A stretch of 35,429 nt of DNA from Myxococcota bacterium (GTDB lineage Bacteria; Myxococcota_A; UBA796; GCA-2862545). This document shows, one piece after another, positions 1-9,163 of the stretch (its first letter is position 1; each line of letters begins with the position of its first letter). The stretch is taken from the NCBI GenBank assembly GCA_039208735.1, contig JBCCQY010000096.1, positions 1-35,429 on the forward strand. The letters are read 5' to 3'. The position numbers and the translations under genes were made by a program. The notes beneath the pieces are model-generated. The model did not search any database. It saw nothing but the letters and a program-made list of their open reading frames with translations, and had not been told where the DNA came from.

Positions 1-222
1 ATCATCGTGTTGGTGTTGGTGGTGCTCTTTTTCCTGTTCGTCATGGCGAACGGGACCCGCGGTGGTGGGGGAACCCGCTCCCGGGGCGGCACGTGGTCGT
101 ACGGCGGGGGCAGCCATTCCGGCGGGGGCGGCTTTGGTGGAGGCTTCGGCGGCGGAGGAGGCGGCGGCTTCTCGGGCGGCGGAGGCTCATTCGGAGGCGG
201 TGGCGCCTCGGGAGGCTGGTAG
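1..222 (+). CDS. 3' end of a TPM-domain (YgcG-like) membrane protein with Gly-rich tail (5' truncated by the window)
   Basis: Hydrophobic segment followed by GGGFGGG...GFSGGGGSFGGGGASGGW*, the typical C-terminus of YgcG/TPM proteins. It abuts a second TPM-type gene. Confidence 0.85.
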   Translation: MIVLVLVVLFFLFVMANGTRGGGGTRSRGGTWSYGGGSHSGGGGFGGGFGGGGGGGFSGGGGSFGGGGASGGW

Positions 223-885
223 ATGTTGCTCGATGAAGCGGCCCGAACGCGAGTCGCCACCGCTGTGGCCAACGCGGAGGCAGAAACCTCGGGCGAGATT
301 GTGTGCATTGTGGAGCGGGCTCTCGAACCTCACTGGGCCACCGCGTGGTTGCTCGGTGCGGTGGGCGCGCTGACCCTGCCGACCGCTTTCCTCGCCGCCC
401 AGTCGCTATGGGCGGCCGATTGGGAAGCCTCTCACCTGGCGCCCAGCACGCCGTTCATTCTCGTGGAACTCGTAGGGCTTCAGGGGCTGGCGTTCGGCGC
501 GCTCTACGCGTTGGCGGCGATTCCCGCGGTGCGACGCATGATCGAACCGGCCGCAGTCCGGCGCCGGCGGGTGCACGATGCCGCAATGCGCCACTTTGTG
601 TCGCGTGGGGTGCACCAAACCCGGGATCGAACCGGTATTCTGCTGTTTGTGGTTGAGCAGGAGAAGTGGGCCGAAATCGTCGCGGATGAAGGAATTCACG
701 CCAAGGTAGGGTCGGACGTCTGGGTCGACGCCATCCAAGCATTGGTCGCGGGCGTGAAACGCGATGACGTGGTTGGGGGCTTTGAGGCCGCGATTGGACG
801 TTGCGCCGAGGTGCTTACGGAGCACTTTCCCCGTCGCCCTGACGATGTGGACGAGCTGTCGAACCGACTCGTGGTGTTGGACTGA
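223..885 (+). CDS. TPM-domain membrane protein (partner of the YgcG-like gene)
   Basis: AVANAEAETSGEIV, two TM segments, TRDRTGILLFV, AEIVADEGI and HFPRRPDDVDEL motifs. ATG directly follows the upstream TAG. Confidence 0.85.
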   Translation: MLLDEAARTRVATAVANAEAETSGEIVCIVERALEPHWATAWLLGAVGALTLPTAFLAAQSLWAADWEASHLAPSTPFILVELVGLQGLAFGALYALAAIPAVRRMIEPAAVRRRRVHDAAMRHFVSRGVHQTRDRTGILLFVVEQEKWAEIVADEGIHAKVGSDVWVDAIQALVAGVKRDDVVGGFEAAIGRCAEVLTEHFPRRPDDVDELSNRLVVLD

Positions 886-888
886 CGT

Positions 889-2043
889 TCAGGCTCGCGA
901 GGACCGTTTGGTTCGCCGAACCACCCTGCGGACATGGGCGCTGCGGGTGGCAAGGCGGCGCAACAGCCGCTGGTCGACGTTCGACAGGGTGAGATCGAGC
1001 GTCTTGATTCGGCGACCGAGCGGAGACCTCAAGAACGTGGCGATGCCTTCATGGGGCAAGTCGAAGCGCTGGAGTTCGATGGTGCGGAGCGCGGGCGCGT
1101 CGAGATCAGGAAGCGCCCGCAGCACCCGTTGCCCAAGACGGCGGTAGCCTGCTTCGTGTCGCAGCACGAGGCGCTCGAGGCGCGGCCATCGCTGCGCGAT
1201 CAATCGATCGACAAAGCCGAGCGACCGAACGACCAGGGAAAGCTCCGCGATGCGGGGGTAGGGCAGTCCGACTTGATGACCGTGGTTGAGGTCGAGGCCT
1301 ACCGCACGAAACCGAGGGAGAGCGGTGAGGGGCCCGAGCCGCGCCACGACGGAGGGGGGTGAGATGCTGGGGCCGAGATGGCGGAGATCGACCTTACGGA
1401 CCACGGCGGGTGCGAGCTCGGCGAGGTGGTCAATCAAGGGCTGTGGAGACAGCGTGGTTGACGAATGGGCCGACTGGATTTCGACGACCCCCAGCGTGGC
1501 CAGCGCAGGAAGGCTCAAAATGTGGGCCAAATCTGGTAAGACGGTGGAAGGTCGACGTACGATGAGGCGATGGACCGTGCCCCCGCGCCAAATGAGCCGT
1601 AGATCGTGCCGATCTGCTACATTTCCTGCACATTGCCGGCGCAAACGTCCCAGCCGCCCCAACAGACGTTGTTCGCCCGTTCGCTCCCACTGCAATTCGG
1701 TGAGGATCAAGTCCCCGAGAAGTTCACCTCGGGACAGGAGCCAATCGGCGTAGACGAGGCGAGTGGGCTCGTCGTCGGGCGTGCGGGCGAGCACGGCTTC
1801 GAGTTCTGGGGCGCGGTCGAAGCTCGTGGGGCGGGCTTGGCCGGCAGGGGAGTAGCCCTCGGCCAAACGCTGGCGCACGAGCGTAGCGCCCCGTCGCTCG
1901 GCCGTGGCGGCATCTGGGCAGGCAATGGTGCGCTCTTTGAGGCGACTGCCCGCAGGACCTTGGAACGTGACGAGCTGGTCGCCCCGCACCTCAACCCCAA
2001 AAATCAGGGCAGGTCGGCCATGGTTTTGCAGAAAGGTTCGCAT
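889..2043 (-). CDS. TIGR02996-type domain protein with N-terminal WGR-like segment and C-terminal leucine-rich repeats
   Basis: LEAVLARTPDDEPTRLVYADWLLSRGE matches the TIGR02996 signature. The N-terminus ends ...RQRLAEGYS (WGR-like), and the C-terminus has LxxLxL repeats. Start placed at ATG 2043; the ORF-track extension to 2274 looks non-coding. Confidence 0.75.
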   Translation of the reverse strand: MRTFLQNHGRPALIFGVEVRGDQLVTFQGPAGSRLKERTIACPDAATAERRGATLVRQRLAEGYSPAGQARPTSFDRAPELEAVLARTPDDEPTRLVYADWLLSRGELLGDLILTELQWERTGEQRLLGRLGRLRRQCAGNVADRHDLRLIWRGGTVHRLIVRRPSTVLPDLAHILSLPALATLGVVEIQSAHSSTTLSPQPLIDHLAELAPAVVRKVDLRHLGPSISPPSVVARLGPLTALPRFRAVGLDLNHGHQVGLPYPRIAELSLVVRSLGFVDRLIAQRWPRLERLVLRHEAGYRRLGQRVLRALPDLDAPALRTIELQRFDLPHEGIATFLRSPLGRRIKTLDLTLSNVDQRLLRRLATRSAHVRRVVRRTKRSSRA

Positions 2044-2220
2044 GGATGACCCCTGAACAGGTGTATCCTGGTGCGCAGGAGCCGGCGAGATTCCTCGATG
2101 GTTGGCGGACGATTTCTGGCGCTCGAGCCGCGATCGCCCCGGCTGCGAAAACCCTTTCCGGCTTGTCGGTGGGCCATCCCGGTCCGAGGCCGGTGAACCG
2201 AATGTCCCTCCGCGATCGTC

Positions 2221-2250
2221 TTGACCCTGTGTCAGCTCGCTTTCTACCGT
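2221..2250 (+). promoter_or_regulatory. Possible sigma70-type promoter for the SGNH-lnt operon
   Basis: TTGACC-N18-TACCGT about 60 nt upstream of ATG 2311. Confidence 0.35.
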
Positions 2251-2310
2251 GGAGGAACCGCGACAGTTCGTCACGGTCGGTGTCCTACGCCGTTCAGCAA
2301 GGAGTTCACG

Positions 2311-3195
2311 ATGCAGCAGGTTTTGTTCGCCCTCGGAGTTTGGCTCACGCTATGCCTGACCCCTGTCGATGCGTTCGCAAAGGCAGGCCCCTTCACGGGA
2401 ACCGCAAACATCGCCGGCAACACGTCGACGGAAAGCTGGCGCGGCTACGGTGACTCGATCATGGCGGGATTTTGCGGAATCGCCTGCCAACAAGATAGTT
2501 ACTACGAATATTATGCGGAGTTGGCGGCGCCGGCGCTCAACGCGGATATCAACTACGATTCCGATGCGGTTTCCGGCAATCTGACCTCGCAAATCCGTGG
2601 CCAAATGGGCGTGAGCGAACTCGCTAACGCCGACGCTATCGTATGGAGTGCAGGTGGAAACGACTTTTTGGATGCTCGAGGCGATTACCGGAACAACTGC
2701 AACCTCACCCAACTGGAAAACGCCATTGGCATCGATCGGTCCACTGGATTGCCGATTTCGCCGGCCACCGGTTGGGTGGCGGAGTGGGATGACCTGATCT
2801 CTCGGGTCGAGAACAATGCGAATGCGAATGCCCGTATTCGGACGATGAACGTCTATTATCCAGGCGTGGATGACGACAAAGCCGGCTTTTGCGGAAGCAC
2901 ATCCGATTTCACGCAATTCTTGCCCCTCTTGCTTGCCGCGGGCGACTACATGTGCGACTCCGCCTGGGATCGCGGTTGGGGCTGCGCCAATAGCATCGAA
3001 GCGATGAACTGCGATGGCGGAAATCTTGCGAATTGCCCCACCAGCTACCTCGAGTGGGTGTCGTTGGGCGGCGATTCCTTCTCGGGCAATTTCGATGATC
3101 CGCGGGCGGCTGGTAAGCTGATTTCCGACAACATCCATCCCAACGCAACGGGCCATGTGGCCATTGCCGAGGCTCACGACGACATCGGCTACTGA
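2311..3195 (+). CDS. Secreted SGNH/GDSL hydrolase (esterase/lipase)
   Basis: Signal peptide MQQVLF...VDAFA; block I GDSI, block III GGNDF, block V DNIHPN; SD AAGGAG before ATG 2311. Confidence 0.85.
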   Translation: MQQVLFALGVWLTLCLTPVDAFAKAGPFTGTANIAGNTSTESWRGYGDSIMAGFCGIACQQDSYYEYYAELAAPALNADINYDSDAVSGNLTSQIRGQMGVSELANADAIVWSAGGNDFLDARGDYRNNCNLTQLENAIGIDRSTGLPISPATGWVAEWDDLISRVENNANANARIRTMNVYYPGVDDDKAGFCGSTSDFTQFLPLLLAAGDYMCDSAWDRGWGCANSIEAMNCDGGNLANCPTSYLEWVSLGGDSFSGNFDDPRAAGKLISDNIHPNATGHVAIAEAHDDIGY

Positions 3196-3217
3196 CTTCC
3201 TCAAGCCCGACCCCCTG

Positions 3218-4750
3218 GTGTTCCTAAGCGCCGGGGCCCTGGTCCTCGTGTGGCCGCCCTACGGTCTCACGTGGCTTGGGTGGGTCGCTTTGGTTCCGTT
3301 CCTCATCGTCGTGGAACGGGCCAAGTCGCCTTTGCGAGCTGCCGTTCAAGGCCAGTGGCTCGCGCTGGCCTTTGGGCTTGGGGTTTTGGCTCCCGTGGCC
3401 CGGGCATTTGGGACCTACCAAGACCTCGGGGCCTGGGGAGGGGGGCTTGCCGCGCTGATCGCTGCGCTGATTTTTCAGCTGGTTTGGCCCGTGTTTGCGG
3501 CATTGCGTCATCGCTGGCCTCGGTCGGCAACCGTGGGCGCAGCGGCGTTGTACACCGGTCTTGATGCGCTGATCCCCAAACCGTTTGGCGACACGTTGGG
3601 GCTTGCCTACTACGAGCACGCGTGGTTGCGTCAGTGTGCCGATCTTGGAGGACCTTGGGTTCTCACCTTCGTGATCCTGGTCGTCAACGAAACCGTCCAC
3701 CGGTCCTGGGCCGAAGGGGTAGACCGGCATCGTTCGCGTTGGGTCACCGCCGGGGTTCTCGTCGGGTTGGCGACCGTGTACGGAGCGATGCGACATGCCC
3801 AGTGGTCCGCCCGTGAGGCCGAACTTCCTGGATTATCGGTGGCCGTTGTTCAGGGCAACCTGCCACTCGAGGTGCGTCGCCAGGCCGCGACGGGTGATGA
3901 TGCGTCGTCGACGCACGTTCTCGACGCGTACCTGAGGGCATCGACCGAGGCAACGGCGTACGAACCCGATCTCATCGTTTGGCCTGAAACGACCTATCCG
4001 GGACTGTATCGCCAACCCTTCACCGAATCGCAGGCCCACCGCAATGTGCAGGTTGATGCGTTCGTGCAACGTCACCAACAGCCTCTCGCCCTTGGTAGCT
4101 ACCTCGGGGACGACGAAGGGGTGCAATACAACGCCATCGTGGCCCTGTCGCCGGTCTCGGGGAGCCCTGGTCCGCCTAACGTCGAGGGGTATCGCAAGCG
4201 GGAGTTGCTGCCGTTCGGTGAGACAGTACCGCTATTGGGCGACGGAGACCTCGCACGTCGGTGGTTCCCCCACGTGTCGTTCTTTGGCCGCGGGCCGGGC
4301 CCCTCGACCCTTCGCATGCCGCTGCGCGCCTCGGAGGGAGAGCCAGACACGGTCGTGCTGGGGCCCACCGTCTGCTACGAGGATCTGTTTGTCCGCATTC
4401 CGTTGGCCGAAGCCGACCTTGGGGCCGAGGTGCTGCTCAACGTGAGCCATGATGGCTGGTTTGGGCCTCACTTCGTACGGTCGTTTCACCTGGCCCACGC
4501 CGTGTTTCGCAGTGTTGAAGCTCGGCGACCGCAGATTCGGGCTGCCACTTCGGGCATCTCCGCGTTGCTGTCCGCGACCGGTGATCCCATTGCCACGGGG
4601 CCGGCCCTTGAGGCGGTGGTGGTGCGAGGGCGGATCGCCCGTGGGCTCTCTGGAACCTCGCCGGTGGGACGCCTCGGGTCGAGCGCCGCCATCGTGGTGT
4701 TCCTGCTGGTGGCCGGGTGGGCCTTGAATCGGCCGACCCCAGTCCGATGA
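3218..4750 (+). CDS. lnt: Apolipoprotein N-acyltransferase
   Basis: Multi-TM N-terminus (LGWVALVPF), VVQGN, and the nitrilase triad motifs WPET (E), YRKRELLPFGE (K) and VCYEDLF (C), plus RAATSGIS. Start uncertain (GTG 3218 or 3155). Confidence 0.9.
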   Translation: MFLSAGALVLVWPPYGLTWLGWVALVPFLIVVERAKSPLRAAVQGQWLALAFGLGVLAPVARAFGTYQDLGAWGGGLAALIAALIFQLVWPVFAALRHRWPRSATVGAAALYTGLDALIPKPFGDTLGLAYYEHAWLRQCADLGGPWVLTFVILVVNETVHRSWAEGVDRHRSRWVTAGVLVGLATVYGAMRHAQWSAREAELPGLSVAVVQGNLPLEVRRQAATGDDASSTHVLDAYLRASTEATAYEPDLIVWPETTYPGLYRQPFTESQAHRNVQVDAFVQRHQQPLALGSYLGDDEGVQYNAIVALSPVSGSPGPPNVEGYRKRELLPFGETVPLLGDGDLARRWFPHVSFFGRGPGPSTLRMPLRASEGEPDTVVLGPTVCYEDLFVRIPLAEADLGAEVLLNVSHDGWFGPHFVRSFHLAHAVFRSVEARRPQIRAATSGISALLSATGDPIATGPALEAVVVRGRIARGLSGTSPVGRLGSSAAIVVFLLVAGWALNRPTPVR

Positions 4751-4773
4751 GCGTGAGCATGGCCCAGGAGTCC

Positions 4774-5556
4774 ATGATGCAGCTGACGGTTTCGGACCTC
4801 GACCTCATGATCGCAGATCCGTCCGCCACCATGCAGCATGTGCTCAAACGAAGGGTCGAAGAAGTCGGGGTTCGCACCATTCGCTCGGCGAAGTCGGTCG
4901 AGCAAGCCATGACCGCGATGATTGAGCAGCCGCCGCACGTGGTGATGAGCGCGTTCCATTTTGACGATGGGTCAGGAGCGGAGCTCGTCGAGCGCATGCG
5001 GGCGCACCGACGGACCCAGGGTGTGGCGTTCTTGCTCGTTGCGAGCGAAACCGACCCCTCGAAGCTCGATCGAGTGCGCCAGGCGGGATTGTCTGCGCTC
5101 CTTCAGAAGCCCATTGACAGCGCGACGTTGGGAACGGCCCTTCAGGCGACGGTCACCGAGCTTGGCTACGAAGATGGCACCTTCGCGTTCGAGCAATTGC
5201 ACGTGCTGGTGGTCGATGATTCCAAGTTTGCCCGTCGCCATATTGGGCGTGTGCTCGAGCAGCTCGGTATCACGGACCTTACATTTGCCGAGGATGGCCA
5301 ACACGGGGTCGAGATCCTCGAACAAGAGACCTTTGACCTCGTCATCACCGACTACAACATGCCGCGGATGAACGGAGACGGTCTGGTAACCCACGTCCGC
5401 CAGGAGTCCGGGCAGCGGGACGTTCCCATCCTGATGGTCACGAGCGAATGTGACTCTCAGCGGCTTGCCTCCGTCCATGCCGCTGGTGTCGACGCGCTGT
5501 GCGACAAGCCCTTTCACATCGATCAGGTTCGAGCACTCATTGCGTCGATTCTGTAG
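4774..5556 (+). CDS. Response regulator with two receiver domains and no output domain
   Basis: REC2 is canonical (VVDD, ITDYNMP, MVTS, DKPF); REC1 is degenerate. SD AGGAG precedes ATG 4774; an alternative ATG at 4747 overlaps the lnt stop. Confidence 0.85.
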   Translation: MMQLTVSDLDLMIADPSATMQHVLKRRVEEVGVRTIRSAKSVEQAMTAMIEQPPHVVMSAFHFDDGSGAELVERMRAHRRTQGVAFLLVASETDPSKLDRVRQAGLSALLQKPIDSATLGTALQATVTELGYEDGTFAFEQLHVLVVDDSKFARRHIGRVLEQLGITDLTFAEDGQHGVEILEQETFDLVITDYNMPRMNGDGLVTHVRQESGQRDVPILMVTSECDSQRLASVHAAGVDALCDKPFHIDQVRALIASIL

Positions 5557-5569
5557 CTGAGGGTCCGCC

Positions 5570-5591
5570 GAGCGCTCAAGCCGGAGCGCTC
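5570..5591. terminator. Hairpin downstream of the double-receiver gene
   Basis: GAGCGCTC-AAGCCG-GAGCGCTC forms an 8-bp stem; no U-tract. Confidence 0.35.
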
Positions 5592-5745
5592 ACAGGTTGT
5601 GACCTTGTGAACATCGCGATCGTAGACCGGTGGTCCGCCCTTGCACATGCGAGCCCCTCACGTTGGGTGACATCGCGTGACCAGTTTGTGCTTTGGCCGG
5701 CGTTCGACTACGTGGGCGCAGCGACCACCCACCCGGGGGAGGACC

Positions 5746-7233
5746 ATGGGTCTGGCGATCGCGGCGCGCCCGCGACTCTTGTCCATTTTCATCGGAATGC
5801 TCGCGTCCACATGGACGCTTTCGGCGGCCGACGCCTTGGCCAAGCCGAAGGACTTCGACCCTGAAGATCCTGTGGTTTGCTCCGAAGCATTTGAAGATCT
5901 TCGTAAGCAGGTCCGGAAGCGGGATGCGGTGATGGACGAACCCGCGGGCGTCACGCTTGCGTTCGGCGTCATTCCGGATGCGACCGAAGCGTCGTTGCTC
6001 GTGACGGCGAAGCAGGCTTGTGACGAAGTTGCCTATGTGGACAAGACGTTCCGCGTGCCGGCGTACCTGTGCCTTGGCGAAGCGAGCGCACGTGCCGCGA
6101 ATATGGGCGCTACGCCCGAAGACAACTATCGGGACTCGTACTGCGCGTACCAGGTGGCAGCGGATCTCGCGAACAAGGTCGAGCCAGCCGATACGTCCGT
6201 CCAGGCCGAAGCCCAGGAAGGCCGAGCGCAGGCGCTGATGGCGTTGCGTCGGATGGATCGTGACCAGGCCAAGATCTACGCCGATGCCGCGGTCTCGGCC
6301 TACGACAAAGCGATCAAGCTCGAGCCTACGGCGGCGCGCCACTTTGCGCTCGGCCGCTTCTTCATCGAACTCCGGAACGTGAAGCGTGCCGAAAAGGCGA
6401 TTAAGGCCGGAGCCGACCTCGACGGGCGGGGTACCGAGACCGCTCGGGCGCTGGTGGCGTTGGCCCAGCTGAAGCGAAACACCGGTGCCACGTCGTCCGA
6501 GGTACTGGCTGTCCTCAACCGAGCCAAGCAAGCGGCACCCAAGTCGATGTCCGCGAACGGTGCGTTGGGGATTGCCTACTTCGAGGCGGACAACCTTTCC
6601 GAGGCCCGCCAGTCGTTCCTGGCCGTGATTGCGGATGGTGCGGTCGACGATGTGGGAGGAGCCGGACGGAATTACCGTGCCGATGCCCACTATTACCTAG
6701 CCCTGCTCGACGCGCGTACGGCCAACCGTTCCGCGGATTGGCAGAAGGTGCTGAACAACGCTGAGCGTGCCATTCAGGCGGGCGGCGGTGAGTTTCGGTA
6801 TCGGCGTCTCGTTTGCCTCGCCTACATCGGGCGAGGGGGCAAGGCCATCCGCGACGGCGCGGGCGGCGCGTGGTGCGAGGGGCAGGATTCACCCGAGGGT
6901 CAATTGCTCAAGGGCGTCTACCTGCTCCGCCGGGCCCAGTACGTTCAGTTGCGCTTGCGCACGCCACCGCACCCCACCGAAATTCAGTACCGCGACTACC
7001 TGACCCGCGCGGGTCAGGCGTTCACCGCGGCGAAGGAAGGCATGGGGACGCGTGAGGCCACGGTCGATTGGCCAGGTCTCCCCGAAGCAGCGGAGTTTTC
7101 GAGCACCCTCGCGTTCGGTCAGGATGTGGTCCAGTGGGCCAACACCTTCTGCCGGAGCAAGCTCGACAAGACCGACAAGGCGCGGGAAGTCTCGGTGTTC
7201 GACCGGTACGGCGCCCTTGGCTGCAAGCCCTAA
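5746..7233 (+). CDS. Secreted tetratricopeptide-repeat protein
   Basis: SD GGAGG, long signal peptide ending ADALA, and TPR-like helices (AVSAYDKAIKLEP, HFALGRFF, ALGIAYFEADNLSEARQSF, AHYYLALL). Confidence 0.75.
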   Translation: MGLAIAARPRLLSIFIGMLASTWTLSAADALAKPKDFDPEDPVVCSEAFEDLRKQVRKRDAVMDEPAGVTLAFGVIPDATEASLLVTAKQACDEVAYVDKTFRVPAYLCLGEASARAANMGATPEDNYRDSYCAYQVAADLANKVEPADTSVQAEAQEGRAQALMALRRMDRDQAKIYADAAVSAYDKAIKLEPTAARHFALGRFFIELRNVKRAEKAIKAGADLDGRGTETARALVALAQLKRNTGATSSEVLAVLNRAKQAAPKSMSANGALGIAYFEADNLSEARQSFLAVIADGAVDDVGGAGRNYRADAHYYLALLDARTANRSADWQKVLNNAERAIQAGGGEFRYRRLVCLAYIGRGGKAIRDGAGGAWCEGQDSPEGQLLKGVYLLRRAQYVQLRLRTPPHPTEIQYRDYLTRAGQAFTAAKEGMGTREATVDWPGLPEAAEFSSTLAFGQDVVQWANTFCRSKLDKTDKAREVSVFDRYGALGCKP

Positions 7234-7290
7234 GACGTCGCGCGGGCCCCGGGCCCGAAGCGCTGACCCAACCCTTCAAAAGGTGCGACC

Positions 7291-7905
7291 ATGTCCTCTT
7301 TCAATGATGTCAATCCGAGTCCAGGTCCGCGCGTCCTGCCGAAGGTGTTCTCGGACGTTCCCAGTGCGGCCGAGCTCGTCACTGCGCAGCAGCGGGTGTC
7401 GGCCGCCAATAGCAGCCGCAACATGCTCGGCCTCATCGTCGTGCTGCTGCTCGGCATGCTCATTGCGGCCGGGGTTGCGCTCGTCTACTTCGAGAGCCAA
7501 GCTCGCGAGCTGCCGAACACCATCACGGAACTCGAAGAGAAGATCAAGGAACTCGAGCAGGACATCAAGGTCCGAGATGCCGACATTGCGGACCTAGAAC
7601 AGTCCGCCAAGGACGCTATCGAGGAATACACCATCATCGATCAGCGCCTAAAGAAGAACGACGAGCTGCGTAGCAAGATTCGCGAGACCCTCGAGAAGAA
7701 GCCGAGTGCCGCCAAGGTGCGTCGCCCGGCCCTCGGCACCGACGACAGCCACACCGCCCTCGAAGACCCGGTTTGGTTGCAGCTGCGGGCGAACGCCGAA
7801 GAACGCCTTGGCGAAGAAACCAAGGAACTCGAAGAAATCGCCAAGGAAGTCGAGGCCTATCGCCCGCCGCGTCGCACGGGTGGTGGTCTGGATCCTCGTA
7901 ACTAG
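7291..7905 (+). CDS. Single-pass membrane protein with long coiled coil
   Basis: TM helix MLGLIVVLLLGMLIAAGVALVYF followed by heptads (ITELEEKIKELEQDIKVRDADIADLEQ). Confidence 0.75.
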   Translation: MSSFNDVNPSPGPRVLPKVFSDVPSAAELVTAQQRVSAANSSRNMLGLIVVLLLGMLIAAGVALVYFESQARELPNTITELEEKIKELEQDIKVRDADIADLEQSAKDAIEEYTIIDQRLKKNDELRSKIRETLEKKPSAAKVRRPALGTDDSHTALEDPVWLQLRANAEERLGEETKELEEIAKEVEAYRPPRRTGGGLDPRN

Positions 7906-7949
7906 CCGTCTTTCAGCTTTCGGGCTGCAGCATCCAAGGGAGAGCCACA

Positions 7950-8459
7950 ATGGCGAACGGCATGAAGACCGACGGGCCGCTGAACGTGTTTCAGTCGTTT
8001 GTGAAGGAGGAGCGTTCCCCCTTCAACGTCGAGCAGCTTGCGGACCGGTTCCGCCACCGGAACACCGGCTGGTCCATTCCTGAGGCCTACTTGGCCATCC
8101 TCGTTTCGGCGGCGGTGGCAGACGGCGGATTCCACGTCGAAGAGCAACAGGAAATCATGAGCCTGGCCCGGCGTTCGCGGGCATTGTCCTCGCTCAACGC
8201 GCAGGATCTTGCCGCGGCGAACGAGACGGTGAACGAGCGTCTGCAAACCCGCCCCGAAGCCCTCAAAGAGGCTTGCGACACGCTACCCGCAGACATGTGT
8301 CTGCCGGTCTACGCCCATTGCGTCGACATCATCTTGTCGGACGGTGAGCTGCAAAAGTCGGAAGCCCAGTTCCTCGAGCGTCTTGTCCCCATGCTCGACA
8401 TCGACGCAGACAGTGCGCGTCGGGTCATGGAAGTTCTGCTCCTCAAGGCGCAATACTAG
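7950..8459 (+). CDS. TerB-family (tellurite-resistance-like) protein
   Basis: AAVADGGFHVEEQQEI and IILSDGELQKSEAQFLERL are the paired ADG..E / SDG..E TerB motifs; SD GGGAG. Confidence 0.85.
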   Translation: MANGMKTDGPLNVFQSFVKEERSPFNVEQLADRFRHRNTGWSIPEAYLAILVSAAVADGGFHVEEQQEIMSLARRSRALSSLNAQDLAAANETVNERLQTRPEALKEACDTLPADMCLPVYAHCVDIILSDGELQKSEAQFLERLVPMLDIDADSARRVMEVLLLKAQY

Positions 8460-8465
8460 CGGGTC

Positions 8466-8507
8466 GAGGGAGTGACCAGGGGTCCGTGAGGCCCCGGTCT
8501 ACTCCTC
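8466..8507. terminator. Stem-loop between convergent genes (possible bidirectional terminator)
   Basis: GACC-A-GGGGTC-CGTGA-GGCCCC-GGTC, extended by GAGGGAGT/ACTCCTC. Confidence 0.45.
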
Positions 8508-9056
8508 CCCGTCGAGTTCGCGCTCAAAGAAGACGGCGCTTCCTTCGGTTTCTGCGAATCCGCCGAAGTCCCAGGCCGTGGACGAATCCGTGCGGTACCC
8601 GACCGTTTCGCCTCGCATGGCGAATTCTGCGGTGGCGTTGCGCCAACTGATGAACGGCTCACAGTTGCCTTCGCTTGCGAAGACCTCGCCGCCATCGAAC
8701 GAGACCGCGACCGCCCAAGTGCAGTCGTCGCAGGTGACGGGGCCCGTCACGGTCGTCTGCATTTCGAAGTCGCACGGTGTCTGGTCGGCGCCGAGGGTCC
8801 AGAAGTAGCCGAAGAAGCCGTTCGTGGGCTGACCGTTGGCCAGCGTGAACTCACCGAACACGATGCGCTCGGGTCCTTCTTCATCGAACTCCTCATCGTC
8901 GTCGTCGTCTTCACCACCCGGCTCGTCCGTTCCGTTCCAGGGCTCGGTGGTGGAGACATTCCACCAGGCCTCGCCGCCATTGCCCCCGCCGATGCCATCG
9001 GAGCCACCGCAGGCCACGAGGCCCAGCAACACAATCGTCTTGGTGTCGTGGATCAC
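8499..9056 (-). CDS. Hypothetical acidic lipoprotein
   Basis: SD GGAGG before GTG 9056; lipobox LLGLVA-C; EDDDDDEEFDEE linker; CDDC and other paired Cys. Confidence 0.7.
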   Translation of the reverse strand: MIHDTKTIVLLGLVACGGSDGIGGGNGGEAWWNVSTTEPWNGTDEPGGEDDDDDEEFDEEGPERIVFGEFTLANGQPTNGFFGYFWTLGADQTPCDFEMQTTVTGPVTCDDCTWAVAVSFDGGEVFASEGNCEPFISWRNATAEFAMRGETVGYRTDSSTAWDFGGFAETEGSAVFFERELDGEE

Positions 9057-9163
9057 AGGTCTATCCTCCGTCAGCTCTGGAACGGTCCAGGGCTGTCGAT
9101 GGGGCGCCATTCTCATCGGAGCCCGACATGGTCCCGTTACGGAGCCGAAGAACGGAGTTTTGA

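Noticed and set aside
55..222. GGC/GGT-rich low-complexity repeat
   Set aside because: It encodes the normal Gly-rich tail of TPM/YgcG proteins and is not an independent DNA repeat.
5590..5613. TCACA/TGTGA motifs resembling a CRP/FNR site
   Set aside because: The best arrangement, TGTGA-N6-GAACA, has a weak second half-site; not enough support.
9009..9028. Exact 20-nt duplicate of 25692-25711
   Set aside because: Both encode the same lipobox (LGLVAC) with preferred codons and the flanks are unrelated; not a mobile or CRISPR repeat.
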